From Candidatus Latescibacterota bacterium (GTDB taxonomy: Bacteria > Krumholzibacteriota > Krumholzibacteriia > WVZY01), in NCBI GenBank assembly GCA_963791045.1, contig CAWBQK010000019.1, positions 1 to 33,499 of the forward strand: 33,499 bases of DNA, given 5' to 3'. Positions 29,001 to 33,499 of the stretch are shown here, piece after piece. The position numbers were made by a program, and so were the translations under genes. The notes under the pieces were generated by a model. It did not search any database. It was not told the origin of the DNA and was given only the letters and a program-made list of their open reading frames with translations. Numbering within the stretch: position 1 is the first letter of the stretch; each line of letters opens with the position of its first letter.

Positions 29001-29911
29001 TATGCGGCGGACAGGTCCGCTCTGGCCGAATCCGGCAACGCTTTCATCCGGGTGCAAGCGGTAACCTGCCGCTCGGCATCGGCAAGATGAAAGGGCCTCG
29101 CCAGTCGGGACACCGACGCCAGTAGCGTTCGCATTCGCGAAGCAACCGCTGTCGCCTCCTCAAAAAGACCACCATTGAGCAAGAGCGAAACTCGATCATC
29201 ATAGAATTGTGTGATGTTATCGATGGTATACAAGCTTTGGGCGGGCGGCGGTTCTTCCATCCTGGTAAGCATTGCCAGCGCGTCCGCGTAGAGCGATTCC
29301 GCTGCGGCGAATCCGGCGTGATCCTTCATCAGACCGGCGTATTCCATTAGGAGCTGCTGTCGTTCCAGGTGATCGTCGCCCCATGCCCGACGCGCCTGTT
29401 CCAGACATTCCTGAAATGATATCGCGGCTGTTTCCAAATCGCCGCTCTGCCGTTGGCCCCGGGCCAACCAGATCCGAGACCGAAGCACGTCGCCATGACC
29501 GCGAGGAAGAACACGGGAGCGAACAGCCAGTTGGCGGCGCGCGAGCTCAATTAGCAAAGCGCTATTCTGATTGAAATATCGTGCGCGAAGCGAATCGTCC
29601 ATACACTCCGCTCCAGCCGCCTCGGTTTGAAGCACAGGCGAAAGCGAAGTGTACGCGTCGAGTTCCTTAATCAAAAGGGCAAGATCGACCGATGAGAGCA
29701 GTGGATCATCCACCGTTTCGAGTGAAGCATACAGATCAGCAGCCAGAGATCGAGCCCCGGCGTAGTCCCCTTCGCATCTCGAATCTTGAATTCCCGTGAG
29801 GAAGTGCGTTAATTCCGGTGCGACTCCAAGAGCAAGCCGAGGCGAGAAGAACACGGAAAACAGTGTGAGCAGAACTGTCACCACGCACGAGAACCTGAAA
29901 AGATGAGTCAT
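26018..29911 (-). CDS. Signal-peptide TPR (kinesin-light-chain-type) + CHAT domain protein (~1297 aa)
   Basis: MTHLFRFSCVVTVLLTLFSVFFSPRLALG signal; many GxxHPxVA..NNLA repeats; CHAT motifs IHIATHV, LVVLSACETALG, AFLQAGARSLIVSLWKVED, HPYYWAAFVLIG. Confidence 0.9.
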   Translation of the reverse strand: MTHLFRFSCVVTVLLTLFSVFFSPRLALGVAPELTHFLTGIQDSRCEGDYAGARSLAADLYASLETVDDPLLSSVDLALLIKELDAYTSLSPVLQTEAAGAECMDDSLRARYFNQNSALLIELARRQLAVRSRVLPRGHGDVLRSRIWLARGQRQSGDLETAAISFQECLEQARRAWGDDHLERQQLLMEYAGLMKDHAGFAAAESLYADALAMLTRMEEPPPAQSLYTIDNITQFYDDRVSLLLNGGLFEEATAVASRMRTLLASVSRLARPFHLADAERQVTACTRMKALPDSARADLSAAYAMGADLDLNQPANAVELTNQRLKIFEELLGADSPEYSECLKDLGTAYWYLQDAAKADSLYREALSASERAYGGLHPEYATMLERLGLLWYLQNQFREARDCYAEALPIYREAFGCDEQRVGACLRLIGTLEGKKADYVSANRALTQALAIDLITLGRIHPSLAEDHYQLSWIALRAGNIDRALSHSRESVDIYVLLDQDASQSILVLAQALQQAGDFVGAEMQLRHSLTDVRNQFGARHVKVGVALTGIAELQYDRGDFVDGEAVSREAIEILEENLGRQHPYVALNYNNLANLVMRQDRYAEADTLFRIALSLRESIYGSAHPDVAQTHLGIGYLYKEIGRLDEAEEQVRTALNIYLELAGEMHPTVAQTQNNFARLLQERGRYAEAETLYVKALATRRALLGDENKYTAQSLQNLARLRQMQGDLESAGQLMEESVRCYEIARRRAGAGLARATFQKSTYNELAKNYLLLGEENLAWDAMERHLARALLDLLQATERRSLSSAEIAHEDSLRIELNEVSASLDAARKAAARGRSEEMNVRLSELQGDYLRLLSSWEACQDELRSQHPITEGQPASLREVQSGLESRTAVLGWLDAEEGDTTHTSWAYLIRRTGSVVWRELPPAGSHAKATGLEHLDIFRDALTTPSAFSSAITSSVKLVWKDRLSPLASELADVDHLVVIPTGRMLDTPVEALIDDDGIPVVDRFRVSYAPSATIHTWLNNQRGRKQIEPSDRVLLVGDPVFSPEPTLIAAVSSPADSAMHNTVVNENTLVSNRSSVQQLLSLPGTRLEVNDIARLFDSSTILLGTDADEERLMNLAESKELGRFSCIHIATHVLINSGRPAQSALVLSYVDYVSSVGTINGRIRTFDGLLTTKEILDEWVLDAELVVLSACETALGEELAGEGYVGFSHAFLQAGARSLIVSLWKVEDRASAMLMKRFYENLVGERGEELREKAQALREAKNWLRIYTDVSGETPYSHPYYWAAFVLIGS

Positions 29912-30092
29912 GCGCCGCACGACGAAATCAATGATCAAGTTCATGAAATTATAAACGACCGTACTGACGGAGTTCCGCTGAGAAGTCGACAACATAACCT
30001 CCGAACGATTCATCTGTGCTGAGGCGGCCCGGGACCTTGATTTGCGATGGACTTCGTTTCTCAACGGTGCCGGACCGCATGCACAGTGCTTT

Positions 30093-32267
30093 TTACCGCA
30101 TCAGCGTTGCTTTGCGTGTTAGCATCTGCTTCCCTACTTCAAGTCGGTAGAAATACACGCCGCTGGCAACCTGCTTACCGGCATGGTTGCGGCCATCCCA
30201 CGTTTCAACATAGATTCCTGGTTCTTTGAAAGCGTCGACAAGCGAGCGCACAAGGTGCCCAGCAATATCGTATACCTGCAAACGCACATGTTGCGCCTGA
30301 TCAACTCCGAATTTGATGTGGGTATCCGGGTTGAACGGATTGGGGACATTCTGATGCAATGTCAACTGAACGTGAGGCGTCGCCACATCAACTTCAAACT
30401 GGGCTGCTGGCTTGCTGTCTTCCAGGATGACAACACGATAGCTGTAGTCGGTTCCAGGCACGATGTCAGCATCCTCGAAACTGAACTCGTTCCGGCTCCG
30501 CGTGAACTCGAGTCCGGACATTTTTTTAAACGGTGTTTGTCCCGACTTTCGCCATACTTCAAAATCCAGATCATCGCTATCCGACGATAGGCTCCAGATG
30601 ACCTCAATACTGTTTTCTATCCAGCGCGCACTGAAAATCGATACCAGCACCGCCACTGGCGGTTCTGAAATATCAAACAGTGCGGCGACGCCATCGTATT
30701 GTCCGTTGTGAGATTCATCGTATGCGCCTGCCGTTGTCGGAAAGAAGCCAGCGTTAGCACTTCCTGCCACAAGGAGGTTTTCGTCTGAATTAAGAGCAAG
30801 GCCGTCTAGATTTCCAGGCAGATAGGAACTGTAGAGCAATCCTGATCCTGTCGAATTCAGTTTCGTCACTATGGAGTTGTTTGGTATCGCCTCCGTGTGT
30901 GTATGACTGTAGGCTTCAACGGTTGTTGGATACAGCGAATCCGTCGCCGTACCGGAAGTACTCCCGATGATGATGGGGTTGTCATACTGATCCAGTGTGA
31001 TTCCCGTCCCAACTTCAGAATTAATACCCCCTATCAAGGTACTCCACAGAAGAGATGAACCGGAGGCAGAGAGTTTCGAAACGAACACATCATAACTGCC
31101 GTTCCACGTCTCATCGTAAGCGCCCGGGGTCGTCGGAAACGCAGTTCCCGGGACGGCTATTGTCCCACCTGTGACAACAACATTTCCGAGAAAATCGAGA
31201 GCTACCGCATGTGCCTGATCACTACCGTTCCCACCTAAGAATGTGCTCCAAAGAAGCGTCGAGCCGTCTGAACTGAGTTTGAAAACAAACCCGTCGTAAC
31301 GGCCGTTTATGGTAGATCCGTGGCCGATGGTCTCCTGAAATGCTCCGCTTGTAGTCGGGAATGCGCTATCCTGCGTACGCCCAACACCAACCACATTACC
31401 CGTTGCATCAACGGTCACATCAAACGGCTGATCAAAACCGGAGTTTCCCAGATAAGTGCTCCAAAGAAGCTGGTAGTCCGATCCTCTGAATTTCGTGACA
31501 ACTAGATCCAAGTAACCGCTGAATGACTCTTGATAGGCCCCGTTGTCGTCGGATAGTCCGCTCCACCAGAGTTGCCGAGCACAAGAAGATCACCAACGGA
31601 ATCCATGGCGATATTGGGAGAATCTTCTGATCCACTCCCTCCGAGATACGTACTCCACAGCAAAGAGCTGCCGGACGCATCCAGAATGGAAACTGTAAAA
31701 TCTCTGCCACCGTTGAAGGATTGATCATAGGCTCCAGATGTGGTCGGAAACCCTCCCCAAGGTGTTCTGTCCGACGACAACAATAGAACCAGAGTTCGTC
31801 ACCAGGACATCATGGCCGACATCCGACTGCGAGCCTCCCAGGAACGTCGACCAAAGAGAGAGACTTCCGGTCGGATCCAATTTACACACCACAATATCGC
31901 TACTACCGTTATGTGTTTCGTCGTAACTTCCGGCTGTCACTGGAAAAGTCCCGCCGAGTCGGTGTACCGACAGGCACCAGGTCGCCGTCCGCATCCAGCG
32001 CCATCGCTGAAAACTCGGCACCGGGCCACCCGCCAATGAACGTGCCCGTCAGAGAAGTTTTGAGGGATTGACCATCGCAGATGTCTCGGGCTGCCCAAAA
32101 TCCTTCTTATCCTCGTTAAAGGCCCCATCTTTCGCGGAGACGAGGCCGGCCAATGAGACACAAACAACCACAACAATCATCAGCATACGAGTTATCGCAT
32201 TTAACGCCACGTGCGTCCTCCTTTTCTGATTACGCTGATTGATATCGAAAACAAATGATCGGTTCAT
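30093..32267 (-). CDS. Exported SBBP beta-propeller repeat protein with C-terminal FlgD-Ig/T9SS-like sorting domain; several frameshifts in 31500-32060
   Basis: Repeats LLWSTxLGGxxxD...VxGxT....FPTTxGAYD....G..DxxVxKL across ORFs 31725-32036, 31502-31783 and 30093-31511; C-terminal LHQNVPNPFNP..VYDIAG..WDGRN..VASGVYFYRL; signal peptide in 32049-32267; AGGAGG RBS. Confidence 0.8.
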
Positions 32268-32602
32268 GCTGACTTCCTCCTGGTGCTTATACGCCCGGAC
32301 TACGCAACGGCTGCCTGCCGCTTCGAATCACCCTCTGTGCCTTTCGGGAAAACTTGACAATCACCGGAAAAATCATCAGATTATTGACGTGAAACGCACG
32401 GCGAGCGCCGTGCTTTCACTCCCGGCTCGACGGATTGGTTTTGAAGGGCCGTCCGTCGGGCCTTTTAAGCTGCTAGATCAAACCGCGACGATTGTTTTGC
32501 GCCGGACTACATTTGAAGGCGTTCAAATCTGTGTCAGATTTTCCGAAGTAGGGCACGGCTTAATTGCATCGAGCCCATTACATCTCTTGGCATTCCCTCC
32601 TT

Positions 32603-33334
32603 TCACACTCCTATGCCCTCAGTGACATCTTCAATATGCTTAAGATTCAATGGCTTAGAAACACGGCTACATATTTTTTCGCTGTTGAAGTCGAAAGAAC
32701 GCTCTGTATCTGAAACGAGGATAATTTTTACGTGGGGTATGCGTGAATCGTTGGAAAGGTAGTCACAAAAGTCTTTGGCTTTGTGAAATGAGCAATCGAT
32801 GATCGCAAGATCGGGTCTCATCTTTTCGACAATTGAAGAGCATTCATATTCGCACTTCGTTGTCTTAAAACTGAGAGTCGAAGCGCCATCGTCGAAATCT
32901 GCCAGAAACTCACTGTCGTCAGTAACCACCAAAATACCGAGAGAGTGATCTCTGGCATATTTACGGTAGTCGCATTCTTCGCAGTTTGAATCACAAAGGA
33001 GTTTTAAAAGCCCGAGTTCCTTTGGAACAGAACTCAACTCATAGCACAATTTTGCGCGGGATTTATAAACGAGACACCTTCGACATTCGTCTTTCAACGT
33101 GTCGTCTTGGGCGCTGAACTCCCAACAATACTGGAAGGTCTTTTGCGGCAGGGCGGTCTTGGCGGGCAGAGTCGATGGTTCTTCCTGAGAAGTTAGTTCA
33201 ACCAAAGTATCTTTTTGGATTCGGAAATGCCCTCCCAGTGTTCGGGTGGCGGGTATTTTCCCGGACTTTATCCATTTGAGGACAGTATCCGCTGAAACAC
33301 CCAGGATCTCTGCCGCTTGAAATGTGGAGTACAA
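32603..33334 (-). CDS. Excisionase-family HTH regulator with Cys-rich middle domain and receiver-like C-terminus
   Basis: YSTFQAAEILGVSADTVLKWIKSGKIPATRTLGGHFRI (HTH_17); YCWEF..CRRC..CYE..C...CEEC; ILVVTDD, PDLAIIDC, LVS, SKP. The true start may lie a few codons upstream. Confidence 0.85.
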   Translation of the reverse strand: MYSTFQAAEILGVSADTVLKWIKSGKIPATRTLGGHFRIQKDTLVELTSQEEPSTLPAKTALPQKTFQYCWEFSAQDDTLKDECRRCLVYKSRAKLCYELSSVPKELGLLKLLCDSNCEECDYRKYARDHSLGILVVTDDSEFLADFDDGASTLSFKTTKCEYECSSIVEKMRPDLAIIDCSFHKAKDFCDYLSNDSRIPHVKIILVSDTERSFDFNSEKICSRVSKPLNLKHIEDVTEGIGV

Positions 33335-33356
33335 GTTTTTGATCTTGTCCCGCTCC

Positions 33357-33383
33357 TCGGATATACTGAATATTCTGAGTATT
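33357..33383 (-). promoter_or_regulatory. Three 9-bp tandem direct repeats (putative operator)
   Basis: AATACTCAG-AATATTCAG-TATATCCGA between the promoter and RBS of the HTH gene. Confidence 0.5.
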
Positions 33384-33391
33384 ATGAGGGG

Positions 33392-33420
33392 ATTCTATCA
33401 GGGTTCTTGCCAACTGTCAA
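33392..33420 (-). promoter_or_regulatory. Sigma70-type promoter of the HTH regulator
   Basis: TTGACA-17 bp-TAGAAT with a TGn extension. Confidence 0.8.
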
Positions 33421-33499
33421 TTTTATTTGTCAGTAAAGTCCTACAATTCGACCCGTACATTGTTCGGGTTGGCGGCACCCTACACCACCGCTTCCTTCC

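Noticed and set aside
958-32625. Numerous plus-strand and alternate-frame ORFs overlapping the called genes
   Set aside because: Antisense or shadow ORFs typical of GC-rich coding DNA, with no protein motifs.
32603-33334. Prophage or ICE excisionase
   Set aside because: The HTH_17 domain is fused to sensory/receiver domains and no integrase or phage genes are present; a transcription regulator fits better.

Overview
Bacterial genomic DNA with nearly all genes on the minus strand. A C-terminal PNPFNP/FlgD-type sorting domain suggests an FCB-related lineage such as Krumholzibacteriota, Latescibacterota or Eisenbacteria (inference). Most of the window is a run of unrelated housekeeping and accessory genes: SRPBCC, AEC and NupC transporters, SAM methyltransferase, redoxin, DUF362/DUF6599, GNATs, HADs, cupin, orphan histidine kinase, SDR, PfkB, MliC, Tag, serine hydrolase, YbjQ, glycerate kinase and ABC-F. 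Two large, apparently exported TPR-CHAT (caspase-like) proteases flank this run. The second lies just downstream of an SBBP beta-propeller/FlgD-CTD protein and an excisionase-HTH/Cys-rich/receiver regulator. Most notable non-coding signals: (1) a self-contained ~170-nt transcription unit at 19986-20224 with a perfect FNR-type box, an extended -10 promoter, a structured body and a strong intrinsic terminator (candidate anaerobiosis-regulated sRNA or leaderless microprotein gene); (2) a family of REP/MITE-like hairpins just after stop codons, with two long copies and one collapsed copy; (3) 9-bp tandem repeats behind the promoter of the HTH regulator. The first ~600 bp look like a chimeric join, and many single-base frameshifts point to long-read or assembly errors. 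All domain calls come from motif recognition by eye, not database searches.
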